Of a stretch of DNA of 64,000 nucleotides, positions 23,501-31,393 are shown one piece after another; position 1 is the stretch's first letter; each line of letters starts with the position of its first letter. The notes beneath the pieces are model-generated. The model was not told the DNA's origin, ran no database searches, and was given only the letters and a program-made list of their open reading frames with translations. A program made the position numbers and the translations under genes. This stretch comes from Cyanophora paradoxa CCMP329 (lineage: Eukaryota > Plantae > Glaucophyta): assembly GCA_004431415.1 (NCBI GenBank), contig QPMI01000038.1, positions 1 to 64,000 on the forward strand. Reading direction: 5' to 3'.

Positions 23501-25948
23501 GTCTCGCGGCGCGGGCGGAGGCGAGACAGGCGGCGCGCTGGGGCTCGGCGGCGGCTTCACTTGAGGTCCAGGTCCGTCAGCACGGGCGCGGCGCCGGGCA
23601 GCGGGGCGGCCGACAGCGTCCTGCAGGTCTCGCGGCGCGGGCGGAGGTGAGGCACGGGGCGCGCTGGGGCTCGGTGGCGGATTCACTTCAGGTCCAGGTC
23701 GGTCAGTCCGGGGGCGGTGCTGGGCAGCGGGGCGGCCGACAGCGTCCTGCAGGTCTCGCGGCACGGGCGGAGGCGAGGCGCGGGGCGTGCTGGGGCTCGG
23801 CGGCGGCTTCACTTGAGGGCCAGGTCCGACAGCACGGGCGCGGCGCCAAGCAGCGGGGCGGCCGACAGCGTCCTGCAGGTCTCGCGGCGCGGGCGGGGGC
23901 GAGGCGCGGGGCGCGCTGGGGCTCGGCGGCGGCTTCACTTGAGGTCCAGGTCCGTCAGCACGGGCGCGGTGCCGGGCAGCGGAGGGGCCGACAGCGTCTT
24001 GCAGGTCGCGTGGCGCGGGAGGGGGCGAGGCGCGCGGGGGGCTGGGGCCCGGCGGCACATGTGGCATGCGAGGCGTGATGCAGCTGGGGCCCCGGCAGGT
24101 GGTTAGACCCTGTCCGTCGATCCAACCAGTAGACGTCGGAGTGGTCATGCTCGAGGGCCCCTGTAGTCGCGTGCGGCCGCAAGCGAGGAGGGCAGCAGTA
24201 GCTCCAAGAGCAAGGAAAAGGGGACTGGGTAGAAGGGGGATGAGGCCTAGGGGAAGGTGCAGGACGGGATGCGCAGCAGCAGGTTGGATGTGCCACGAGA
24301 GGGCGGCGATGATGGTGAGGAACTTGGGGGAGTAGTGTGGGTACGGGGCTTTCTTATAGGGGCCACGGGGGGATATAGTGTCTAGAGCAGTTTGTAGGGT
24401 GTGGCCTGTTAAGGCGGAAACGGTCACTATCGAAATAAATTCTAGGGGCTCTGGAGGGTGACCGAGGAGGAGGAGGAAAGGCAGGGTAAACGGTGCAGCC
24501 AGCACAGCCGGGGCCAGGCCCGGGTCATCTGAGACATAGAGTGCATGCAGGAGATCAGCCCCGAGCTGCCATATTGCACAGGAGAGCACATGCCATTCGG
24601 CCGCTAGGAAGGCCGGGAAAATAATAGAAAATTCAAGGAGACGGGGTGCGAGAAGGAGAGCGAAGTCGGCGAGGCGGGTCCAAGCAAACGCTGCCCGGCG
24701 GCGTGCCAAGGGGGACAGGACCGGGGGGGGGCGAGGGGAGGTCGGGGGAGGGACAGGGCAGGTAAGGAGTTGAAGAAGAGCAGGGCCGGACGAGTCAAGA
24801 AACCGCCGGCGGCGCCGGGAGAGGAGTGCGAGCAGGAGGATCCCGGCAGCTGGCGGGGGAAGAGGCAGGGGGGTAGGGGGAGGCGGGAGCGGGGGGAGGG
24901 AGAAGGGTGGGAGGGGGGGAGCAGTTGCTCGGGGTGTCCTAGGAGGAGGGGCGGGGGGAGGGCTGGTCGAGGGGGCCGGGTACGAGGGATCAATGAGCCA
25001 TAGTGGGGACACGGGAACCGCTGCAATAACGAAGCGGAGGGCGCCGAAAAGGTGAGGGGCAGTTGTAAGGGGAGGGAGGGCAAGGAGACAGTGAAGGGAG
25101 AGGATAAGGAGGGGGACCCCGCGGTAAGGGCCTCCACATCGACGCCCTCGAGCTCGTCGCGCACGCTGGGCTTGCCGGCGGGCGCGGGTGAGGGGGGGAC
25201 GGTGGGCGCTGGGAGCAGGGTCGGGGAAGGCCAGATGGCGAAGAAAGCGGGAAGACAGCAGGAGGAGAAGCAGCGAGGGGAGGGCGAGGAAGGCAGGGGG
25301 GAGCTGAAGATAAGACGGAGGCCTGATAGAAGGGGGGGAGGAAGAGGCGGGAGAGGCGGAGAGAGGGGGCGGTGCTCTAGGGGTAGTCCACAAGGGGAGA
25401 GGGGGGGGGTCAGGGGGGGCCGAGAGAGGAGGCGATTCTGCGAAGGTCACTGCTGAGGGGGTCCAAGGGGGGGAAAGGAGAGTTCTATGTAAGAGCCGGG
25501 CAATCAGGGGGTGCAGGGGGGGGTACTCTGAGAGGCGGGGGGGTAACTGGAAGAGAAGTGAGAAAGGGAGTAGTGAGAGAGCGAGGAGAAAGGAAAGAAG
25601 AAAAAGGAGAGAGAGGGCGGAGAGGGCGAGGAGCTCGGGGGTTGTGATATGGGGCAGGAGAGGACACGAGTCATGTAGGAAGGCATGAAGGGGGGAAGTG
25701 GAGGCCGTACAGGAGGGAGGGGGGTGAGGGGCTGACGTTAATGGGCTTCGGCGCGGCTCCGGGGCGGGCTGGGGGCGGGGCTCTCGGGCTGGGCGGCGGC
25801 GGTTGGCGCGGCCCTTGAGGCGTCGGGCGAGGAGGGGCGGGCGGGGTCGGGGAAGAGAGCGGCCGGGCGAGAGCGCGAAGCGGACCGTGAGGCGGAAACC
25901 CCGGGGCCGGGCAGGAGAGCCGGCGAGGGAGCTGGCCTGCGGAGCCAT
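14366..25948 (-). CDS. Non-LTR retrotransposon polyprotein: long hydrophobic/repeat N-terminus, APE endonuclease, reverse transcriptase, RNase H; 3'-truncated at 14521
   Basis: APE: TWNIRRL, ALQEV, LGDMNS, RLDYAL, SADHFPV (~20860-20010). RT: LRPITL, DIASAYDSV, GLPQGG, YADD (~18020), FRVLG. RNase H: IYTDAS, ELAG, ITDSQ, QWVPSH (~15980-15570). The last ~50 codons read into the inverted arm. Confidence 0.92.
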   Translation of the reverse strand: MAPQASSLAGSPARPRGFRLTVRFALSPGRSLPRPRPPLLARRLKGRANRRRPAREPRPQPAPEPRRSPLTSAPHPPPSCTASTSPLHAFLHDSCPLLPHITTPELLALSALSLLFLLSFLLALSLLPFSLLFQLPPRLSEYPPLHPLIARLLHRTLLSPPWTPSAVTFAESPPLSAPPDPPPLPLWTTPRAPPPLSASPASSSPPSIRPPSYLQLPPAFLALPSLLLLLLSSRFLRHLAFPDPAPSAHRPPLTRARRQAQRARRARGRRCGGPYRGVPLLILSLHCLLALPPLTTAPHLFGALRFVIAAVPVSPLWLIDPSYPAPSTSPPPAPPPRTPRATAPPLPPFSLPPLPPPPTPLPLPPPAAGILLLALLSRRRRRFLDSSGPALLQLLTCPVPPPTSPRPPPVLSPLARRRAAFAWTRLADFALLLAPRLLEFSIIFPAFLAAEWHVLSCAIWQLGADLLHALYVSDDPGLAPAVLAAPFTLPFLLLLGHPPEPLEFISIVTVSALTGHTLQTALDTISPRGPYKKAPYPHYSPKFLTIIAALSWHIQPAAAHPVLHLPLGLIPLLPSPLFLALGATAALLACGRTRLQGPSSMTTPTSTGWIDGQGLTTCRGPSCITPRMPHVPPGPSPPRASPPPAPRDLQDAVGPSAARHRARADGPGPQVKPPPSPSAPRASPPPAPRDLQDAVGRPAAWRRARAVGPGPQVKPPPSPSTPRASPPPVPRDLQDAVGRPAAQHRPRTDRPGPEVNPPPSPSAPRASPPPAPRDLQDAVGRPAARRRARADGPGPQVKPPPSPSAPPVSPPPAPRDLQNAVGRPAAQHRPRTDGPGPEVKPPPSPSAPPVSPPPAPRDLQNTVGRPAARHRARTDGPGPQLKPPPSPSAPRASPPPAQRDLQDAVGRRTSRRRARADGPGPDVNPPPNPSAPRASPPPALRDLQDAVGRPAARRRARTDGPVPEEKPPPSPSAPPVSPPSAPRDLQDAVGRPAARRRARADGPGPQVEPPPSPSAPVSPPPAPRDLQDAVGLPAARRRARADGPGPQVKPPPSPSAPPVSPPPAPRDLQNTVGRLAARHRARADGPGPQVKPPPSPSAPRASPPPAQRDLQDAVGRRTSRRRARADGPGPDVNPPPNPSAPRASPPRAPRDLQDAVGRPAARRRARTDGPVPEEKPPPSPSAPPVSPPSAPRDLQDAVGRRTARRRARADGPGPQVKPPTGPSLQPVSPPPAPRDLQDAVGRPAARRRARADGPGPEVKPPPGPIAPPVSPPFDLQNAVGLPRTLSASRADCPTPRTNLGVQKCPGGPPATPRPSSASPGPQRAREANPRTDATVAAAPRRAVRLGIQQAAQVLSQLSRRVYIWSTSWTTFARPRYGMLQNLIAGLEHGSHISAAAYCSGRWSLPFRSERLRAPDETAPTGTPAACRQKTPTRTVFSIHATGESGNDSKESQRPNTSAIRDWRFNSCTIAIASTTNPAYGRVPAPSYSTDTTTAGFAASSGAHASASPANAGASSSAADAALHDAESCRTSPAYGSGRVPATRTAAYLAVSFRASAYVHASAGPADAGATDAAPHDAGLELLGRPARRAPQVQRTFSRPAPLPARLLLCALLAALVPVAFADIEPSTATAAAVATAAAALSSPTLVTAASSLLTLYPPSLYTADRIDARRHRDVLQIPVLAHPPDAANAKLNLRALTWNIRRLEGKTSGNNIATKFISAIDYGRRDWDCHFVALQEVDMVPVDRPPSKPFPPNIRDHLIKTAVRRHKSSYLVYSPPSAARPGTAGSALWISASYAAHRQADYAFDGRVAGARFDFPRTRERLIVLSLYVPDCGHDNLQKELHDLTEYLTAKVAPDLHEPDWQTHLLVLGDMNSTHSPCNDRITGGNRRTETTPPNSYAEIWTLLRATWGLIDTGTPGDFTHISHHADFIDEQGHRPLLNAARLDYALASPTLAARSLGTRTLAVPGRPSPLLSADHFPVLATFTTEGVLSAPPTAPRQPRPQPLPPLFNYAAQPAPIRLAFKLAVEAFLNKHGQRYIQLLLTPENSPDYARRATKSHRSLLCAIAQSIKSVAHAKEFSTAKVLQHRVAAQGDMAKFNHLSALDADDEQLVGRVGQALNDWARQGSTDHPPDETIRAVFRDLPKDVTDIRKSAGSDTTLAFCPSLLAFPDPPNYPEFENGIITGSEIAEYHAQLSMWYLQARAALDNHRRAYTEADIARNIDTRRHLLSHCRSMGRAIQLLLSRFRSAPRLYLTRTAAGLPEVLTDPTEIKRAHLDHFKNFWRLRKAAPNLDAIATKFEVIENGAWLGRFWKRQYRPLSHFAPAVWDGLMAMPEDPELDRLISSLSNGAGGPSGLTNGMLKMLWSPLRLSKTERQTLAASHSTDEINSFESAAHWTTSRDAIRALVQSTLLGHVPDHALRGQVYAIPKRDNSADLADLRPITLQEVTWKLVTGLLTHRMEDRIDTHNILRGRNYGFCRRESTDPVLYALRSSLEDAHQFKKPIFGGLGDIASAYDSVSWHSQELSLNRIQLHLHPEGKRYIALHKKAAQHRTACILTPHGRTEYFQVPCGLPQGGIEAPLHWRIFFDAALTAIEERATQSNFGYQLGPHRSDPTRPRSPRPPCPGEPLYFPAGPCPKVSVLAYADDTTMLASSAQGLQHMLDWLSEFLHIHGMNLNAKKTEIFHWKPPRSEEPVKSKYYVGVGDSRAEVGHILSPTTPFRVLGVQFTANLSWTHQVRLLKSQLQSAISILATKKITVHEFQVILHRVLFPKLAYPLRIMTLTPSQCQSLDAVWLTAAKHTANLAQSVSTAAFSSIYRLPSIAVIQRQQQCVDERLRQELASHTSSLYGQIYRQRVLDTQARYGLPLLPHEYPNLPSGPLTLQKNITLAITADLTSTSHHILTTCDSWTHGLPSRRSHLRREYIISTQLSPLTLQQAGQRLHRCGLLTIRDITAPDGSLAEWSLLWSHGRVPAYYKCAPSWWDAVREELSLPRPSTRSPFLPRHPMPPPPSIPDIRRSLQANAVLAGLKIGDFVWTSQGLVGRVVGKPPIPDENLDEPASEDPDADPNCPRDSEYNYGVELVHYCLIPYDGLSTRDPGLSALELDPAWRERRLEFQFCPHPKYCGSEQLHRELGLSTTACRWVEYASHVRRIPAGSSCESKGWSPSLSNLNRPVPTRSRQLPDSTSAFTCSHSRGQQPSRAQPTRAAKKARLDPSSATPPAQYDPELPPPNLPREIAHIGFIDLWLRETDWWDSFRAEAQATNVALERRPRLMTPASQADRDFYESPAGLDFLFITSRALFAELCPTLRALNSPPLPSGPTPRVIYTDASTQKQGSASVRTTYAGLAPLENNPDLPDKIEFAHRLPGVQHNVNLGELAGTISAAFTYFGPTGGKIITDSQNTIRALTAFAFQDPSSFSHPINFRTLLRREDGALLLNARTQYAIRIAQDPNFQVTLQWVPSHQPKTIPRPPATAPTPTTTRRPAPSSPRRPRVPLSGPAAPLPTAPQTFSASAPYHYIGGMDIPDARLLFSDDSSPPLPPSLFSSLFPPRRHIRTYILADSPTDYNFLRCQADLVDYVDASETTNTHLVLDLVPLASARLERAFTAEDTVIWNRCIRLPKDHTLFLSDEHLTIVSDCDILRAYSAFLEALGRRDITHSISFQCCSPPNPIFLQPLPEDAPDVDYPDPGPTRKLALDYYLAHPRGSGPTWHFYPTSLCKPAVPADRDTPLPAWYWDEDLTLAPTSQTEAGTPLVAYHRCNPGMWGIPISSLIAEQWARGPALSCPHCHPTPAPPGPPPTFPLRDQTGALPVLCEEGRAGSGKRAAGREREADREAETPGPGRRAGEGAGLRSHRTSPYSFWGR
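22085..24055. repeat. Coding tandem repeat, 126-bp unit (42 aa), 15 full units plus one partial
   Basis: A CAGCGTCCTGCAGG-like anchor recurs at 22231, 22357, 22483 ... 23992, with one 123-bp unit. It encodes PPPSPSAPRASPPPAPRDLQDAVGRPAARRRARADGPGPQVK. Confidence 0.97.
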
Positions 25949-27104
25949 CGGACGAGTCCTTACAGCTTCTGGGGGCGGTAAAGAGGGCCAGCTGTTCCGC
26001 AGGGCGAGAGCGGCTGCAGCGTTACGACGTGCCCGTGCTGTCGAGAAGGGAGGGCGCGCGGGCAGGGGCGTCAGCGGGCGCTGGGTACGGGGGCGTACAC
26101 GAGTGGACTTTGCAGGACGGAGGCCAGGTAGGGGGAGGTCGGGGTGGGAGGGCGGCGCAGCAGAAACCTGCAGCTCAGCCGGTAGGGGTGGGGGGGCGGG
26201 GGAGCTGAAGAAACGACGGAGGCGACGCGGATGATTCTTCCGCGAGGTCCGGGGCCAGCGAGGCGAGGGCCGGCTCTGATAGGGAGAGAAGGGCGAGCGC
26301 GGGAGCCAAGGAGGTGCACCGGCACGGGCCGGGCGGGGGTCGGGGCAGGAGTGGGGGCGGGAGCGGCGGAGGCGTCGGCGGGTGGATCTCGGCAGGGGCC
26401 GCCAGGGCCGGCGGCGGCGGCGGCGCGTGGGGCCGAGCAGCGGGGCGGGGTGGCGAGGGGGGCGGAGTAGGCGCGGCGATCGGGGGCGCTCGCTGGGTGG
26501 TCACCCCCACCAATTGCGCGACCTTCCCGCGACCATTTTCAATAAGCACATTTTCAGCATCACGAATCTCAGTCACAAAATCACAAATTCGCACTGAGCC
26601 ACATTGTATTTTTCAAACATCTAACCCTTCCTTACTGAAACCAATCACGAAACCCTTTCATTCTTCATTTTTCTAATTCCTTACCATTCCCAGTAAGCCC
26701 TTTAACTTTCCCCCGATCTCTCAGTAAGGACAGTAAGACCCTCATTTTTACGAAATGTTCCCGATCGTTTCCGGACTGTTTTCAGTTACCCAAATTGAAA
26801 AATCAAGGTGACCCCCACCGATAGCCTTAATCCGGATGGATCAAATACGAAATCAAGGTGAACCCCACCGATAGAGTACGATAATCGACAAAGTACGACG
26901 ATAGAACACGATTAATCGATTTATCGCAAGCAATGAAAAATAACGAAAGCAAGTATGTGCATGAGCAAGCATGCCGAAAATGCCCACCTGCACACACTCG
27001 CGACTTCAATCGAAATGTTCCATTTAATGCACTGGAACCACTCGCGCCCCGCCCACTATGCAAGATACATGCCTTTCTTATGCATGATCTATGAAAAATA
27101 ACAA
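25827..27104 (-). repeat. Right arm of the inverted duplication
   Basis: Reverse complement of 13247..14520. Confidence 0.95.
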
Positions 27105-27213
27105 CAGTGCGAATTTGTGATTTTGTGACTGAGATTCGTGATGCTGAAAATGTGCTTATTGAAAATGGTCGCGGGAAGGTCGCGCAATTGGTGGGGGTGA
27201 CCACCCAGCGAGC
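26488..27213. mobile_element. 726-bp non-coding TIR element (internally deleted provirus A) with 109-bp TIRs and 6-bp TSD GGGGGC
   Basis: GCTCGCTGGGTGGTCACC... at 26488 is inverted at 27105-27213. GGGGGC flanks it at 26482-26487 and 27214-27219. Confidence 0.85.
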
Positions 27214-28820
27214 GGGGGCCCCGGTGGAGGCCCCGAGGTCCAGTGTCGACTGCGCGGGGTGCGGACTCGGCAGCATCGTCTAGGCGCCGGCGCCGTCGGA
27301 CCCAGCACCCCAAGCCGATTCCCACGGACAGGCTAAGCGCCGTGAGTATCGCCAGGGCGGCCCAGCTGGGACTAGATAGGGGCCCGAGGATCTCAGCGGC
27401 GCAGACGGAGGGAAAGAGAGCCCAGGCGGGGGGGTCAGCTAGGGGCCCGAGGACCGGAGCGAAGCTGGCCGCCGTCGGGAGGAGGGCGAGGAAAAGAAGG
27501 GAAAACAGACCGGGGGTGGAAAGGCCAGGTCGGGGGCCCGGGTTTCTGCGGTGGTAAAGCGACATCAGAGAGTCGGGGTGCGGCGGCGGGCGGCGAGCAG
27601 GCGGGCGGAGGCGCGCGCGCCGCGGAGAGCGAACAGCAGGGGGGCATCTTACCCCGGTGAGCCTTGCGGCCCCCGGGGATCGACGCGCGGATTGCCTATC
27701 CACGGAGAGCCGGACCGCTCGACGACGGCGTGTGGCCCCGTGGTATCGGCGCAACGGGGGGGACCGGACGGATAGCCAAACCGCGCGACGACGGTGTAAG
27801 GCCCCGTTACATCGATCCGTTTGTGAATTGAGGGGGGGCTTATTCACGGATAGCCAAACCGCGCGACGGCGGTGTAAGGCCCCATGACATCGGCCAGAGG
27901 GCGGCATGCCTTTAGCGTCGGCAGCGAACGCGGGGGGCACGTCGTTCGAACGTCGGCCGCCCGCGCCCGCCACGCAGTGAAAGAGTGGTGATTTGAGAAC
28001 TGCGGGGCGGGCGTGAGGCCCGGGCGGGTGGCGCGAACGACGCGCGAGGCGGGGTGATGTCCCTTCGCAAGGGCGCATCGCACGGGGGCTTCTGCAGGAA
28101 GAAGGAGCATGTTCAGGATGCCGCCGCCCGGCTCGAGTTCCGTCGCGGGCGGCGTGTGTTGTTCGGTGGTCGCGCGGCCCTGGAATGGGCGCGGCGCCAC
28201 ATCGTTCGACTCCCTCTGCACCGCCGAGCTGCGACGCCGCTAGGCTTGCGCCTTGTTGTTGGCGGTGCGTCGCGAGCCGTGATTTTGGCTCCGGTGTGCT
28301 CGGGCGGTGTCCTCCGGCTCCGTTTGGTGCCGGGAGGCTGCTTATGCTGCTGGACGATGCGCGAGCATCGCCAGTTTCCCGTACGCGCAGGCCTTCGCGA
28401 TGGCCTGGGTACATCGTTTTTTTTCCTTTTCTACGCGAATCCGGAAGAGCAACTTCAGCTGCCGGATGCGTTCGCAAGTATTGAAAAGATGAAGGAGCTG
28501 AAGAGTTTGCATATCAGTGAGCTCCTTCATCTGCAGATCTTTTTCCTCTGAAGCCTTTCCGCGCAGATCATACGGCGGTTGAAGCTTTGGCCGCGGCCGC
28601 AAAGTTGCCGGGTTTCGACCTTCCGAAAATTTGCAAGCTTTCAGTTGACCTTACCGGGGCCGAAAACTGGGCGTACGGTCATCCTGAAGTGCCTACACTT
28701 ATGGAAGACATCGTTCGTCCTGAGGTATCTTTCATTAACCAACTGTGATCGCACACATCGCTCACATCGCTCACATCGTAATCCGCGCAGGTTTTTCCGA
28801 AACTTGAACGAATCGAGTTA

Positions 28821-29627
28821 TTGAATGCTCCACGCGAAATTCCCCTGCTCTGTCTTTTACGGACGTGTCTGGCGAGGGCCGAAAGCGAGCACCAGCTGGG
28901 CGAGTCATCGTCCGCGCCGAATCCGCGCCGACTGACTGTCGCGCTCTCGATTCAAGAATGTGGGGAGACTTGCCCGGTGTTCAGTGGGCTTACGGACTTC
29001 CCTTGCATTGTTGAGCCTCTGGATCCGGATATCGATATCTACACCCAAACAGCCATGGAGCCCATTCTAGCCAATTTGCTCTCGCTCGATCTCTCCGTCA
29101 CTGGCTGCGGCGGATACTTGTCGAATGTGCTCACTCAACTTACATCCGTCGTCGCCTGGAGCGAGCATCTGCGATCCGTCAAACTTGAGATCGTCCACCA
29201 AATTCCATTTCATGTTCACAGCAAGAATGCTGTGCTGGCTGAAACATCTCTTGCGCTTCACATGGAGGACCTGCTCATGACAAAGCCTAAAGTCTTCACG
29301 GCAATCAAGCGGGTCGGCCTGTTTCCTGTCGAGCGCGAGACTCATTCGCTTGCGCGGTGCCCGAATCTGGAGCGCGTGGATCTTGTCTTCCGAGCGGCCC
29401 TGAAGGAGTTTTTCGAGGCGGGCGGCCGGCCGCTATTCGTCTCAGCCCTGCAACCACTCGGCCCTATTGCTAACCAGTTGGATAGATGGCCTTCGTGCAA
29501 CATGCGTTTCGTGAAGAACGCCTTCTCGGACCCCATGGCCAAACTCGTGAAAGATTTGCTTCCAGGTTGGCACATTGCCTTCAGTCGTGTTGCAGAAGCT
29601 CTTGCCGCTCGTGCTCGCTTCTGGTGA
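28821..29627 (+). CDS. Hypothetical protein, probably part of a larger interrupted host or TE gene (~28400-30050)
   Basis: 268-aa ORF with ordinary composition and Leu-rich LxxLxL-like segments. Coding-like fragments lie on both sides. Confidence 0.35.
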   Translation: MNAPREIPLLCLLRTCLARAESEHQLGESSSAPNPRRLTVALSIQECGETCPVFSGLTDFPCIVEPLDPDIDIYTQTAMEPILANLLSLDLSVTGCGGYLSNVLTQLTSVVAWSEHLRSVKLEIVHQIPFHVHSKNAVLAETSLALHMEDLLMTKPKVFTAIKRVGLFPVERETHSLARCPNLERVDLVFRAALKEFFEAGGRPLFVSALQPLGPIANQLDRWPSCNMRFVKNAFSDPMAKLVKDLLPGWHIAFSRVAEALAARARFW

Positions 29628-30056
29628 TGCGCAATGGCGCTATATTTCCAGAAGTATTGTCTTAATCCGATTGGCTTATTGAAAACCTGCTACGTGCTAT
29701 GGGCCGGGCTGCTTGGACAGAGCGAGCTAGCGCTAGCGCTGCTTCGTAGAACAAGTTATGCGACAATCGCAATCTGCATTCGAGGAGGCACTGGAAGTGC
29801 TTTTGATAGAAGAACTGGACTCGGAAATCGAACGGCTGGCTAGGATCCAAAAGCGGTCGCTAGGAAGGGAACATCCTCTACTTCCGGGCTCGTGTCGCAC
29901 GTGATGTAGAACAGATCGTCTGGAGATGGCCTCTGCGGCGTCGTCGCCTGTGCACGCGTGAATTTGCGAAAGCAGCAAAAGAAAGATCGCTTGCACCGGT
30001 GGTTCGAAGCACCGGCCTTCTGGGTCGTACCGATACAGCGCCAGCTTGCGTCCCAT

Positions 30057-31022
30057 ATGCCATACCAATCCAGCCGAAATTAAAGCGGAGCACAGCGAGT
30101 GACTGGCGCGAGACCGGGCACGTAGGAAGTGCATTTTAGATGAGCAGAGATGAAAAACATTTTTGGTCTCGCGCCAGTACCTCGCAGCGCGAAAGTTGGC
30201 CTCGGAGGTCGCTGCGCCCCGGCCCCCTCTTCAGCCCTCGACAGCACAAGGCAGCTCAAGGCCCGCCCAGGCCCCCCCGCTCCCCCCAACTGCCCTCCCC
30301 GGGACTCGAACGCTGGAGCAATAAGACGCCGGCCGGGCGCGCTGCTAGCTCGGCTAGCTCGCCGCGAAACTGGCCTTTTCCTCGTCCCGTTTGTATGACC
30401 ATACATCTAGGAAAATCTTGTACCGCGTCCGCGAGAGACTGAGCATCAAATATGCATTTAGAGCCGTACTAGCTCGTGTTTAGTGCTTCGGTCTCTCGCC
30501 AATCGCTCCCCCTAGTTTAATCGAGCCGGACCGAACAGATGCCATACCAATCCAGCCGAAATTAAAGCGGAGCACAGCGAGTGACTGGCGCGAGACCGGG
30601 CACGTAGGAAGTGCATTTTAGATGAGCAGAGATGAAAAACATTTTTGGTCTCGCGCCAGTACCTCGCAGCGCGAAAGTTGGCCTCGGAGGTCGCTGCGCC
30701 CCGGCCCCCTCTTCAGCCCTCGACAGCACAAGGCAGCTCAAGGCCCGCCCAGGCCCCCCCGCTCCCCCCAACTGCCCTCCCCGGGACTCGAACGCTGGAG
30801 CAATAAGACGCCGGCCGGGCGCGCTGCTAGCTCGGCTAGCTCGCCGCGAAACTGGCCTTTCCCTCGTCCCGTTTGTATGACCATACATCTAGGAAAATCT
30901 TGTACCGCGTCCGCGAGAGACTGAGCATCAAATATGCATTTAGAGCCGTACTAGCTCGTGTTTAGTGCTTCGGTCTCTCGCCAATCGCTCCCCCTAGTTT
31001 AATCGAGCCGGACCGAACAGAT
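30057..31022. repeat. Direct tandem duplication, 482-bp unit x2
   Basis: ATGCCATACCAATCC at 30057 and 30539. The copies are near-identical and duplicate ORFs are offset by 482. Confidence 0.97.
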
Positions 31023-31129
31023 TGCAGCCCAAATCCCAGCGCGCACGGGTCAGCAGCTCGTCCTGCCACCACTCCGAAACATGGATGTTGATTCGCACAG
31101 GCCCTGCGCTGTTGCGATCAGGCACCTAG

Positions 31130-31393
31130 CTACAGGGCACGAGGCGACCGGATTGCACCTGTCAGTCCTGTTACGCCATCTGGGGGATCTCGGCAGTCCC
31201 CGAGAACGCGCACCTCGACATAGCTGCCCTCGTTCTCAGCCCCGGTTGTGGTTTGTGGCGCGTACAGGGCAATCAGCGCTTCCGACTCCGCAATTTGCTC
31301 CGCTGACGGTGGTCGCACTGTTTGGCTCCCGAGAAATTTTCGAGGAGCTTTACCGCCAGAGGAACGACGAGCAGTCTGCTTGCTTCTCGCCAT
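31130..31393 (-). CDS. Short ORF beginning with a histone H3 N-terminal tail mimic, no histone fold
   Basis: MARSKQTARRSSGGKAPRKFL versus H3 [21 protein letters not shown]. The remainder is unrelated to H3. Confidence 0.6.
   Translation of the reverse strand: MARSKQTARRSSGGKAPRKFLGSQTVRPPSAEQIAESEALIALYAPQTTTGAENEGSYVEVRVLGDCRDPPDGVTGLTGAIRSPRAL

Larger units (their letters stand above)
14521..27990 (-). mobile_element. LINE (APE-RT-RNH) interrupted in its 5' region by the 726-bp TIR element; 5' boundary approximate
   Basis: Removing 26488-27213 and one TSD joins the hydrophobic minus-strand coding-like segment at 27214+ (..GLHRGP) to the sequence leading into the big ORF. Both sides share the purine-rich plus-strand skew. 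Confidence 0.7.

Noticed and set aside
21170-23650. 826-aa plus-strand ORF and other ORFs overlapping the LINE
   Set aside because: Antisense shadows of a GC-rich repeat-containing frame.
8377-25948. Diversity-generating retroelement (RT near fibre genes)
   Set aside because: The RT is LINE-type with APE and RNase H, and I saw no template/variable repeat pair with adenine-specific mismatches.
13247-27213. Penelope-like or DIRS element explaining the inverted repeats
   Set aside because: No GIY-YIG nuclease, tyrosine recombinase or hammerhead core was seen. The repeats resolve into a virus end plus LINE sequence.
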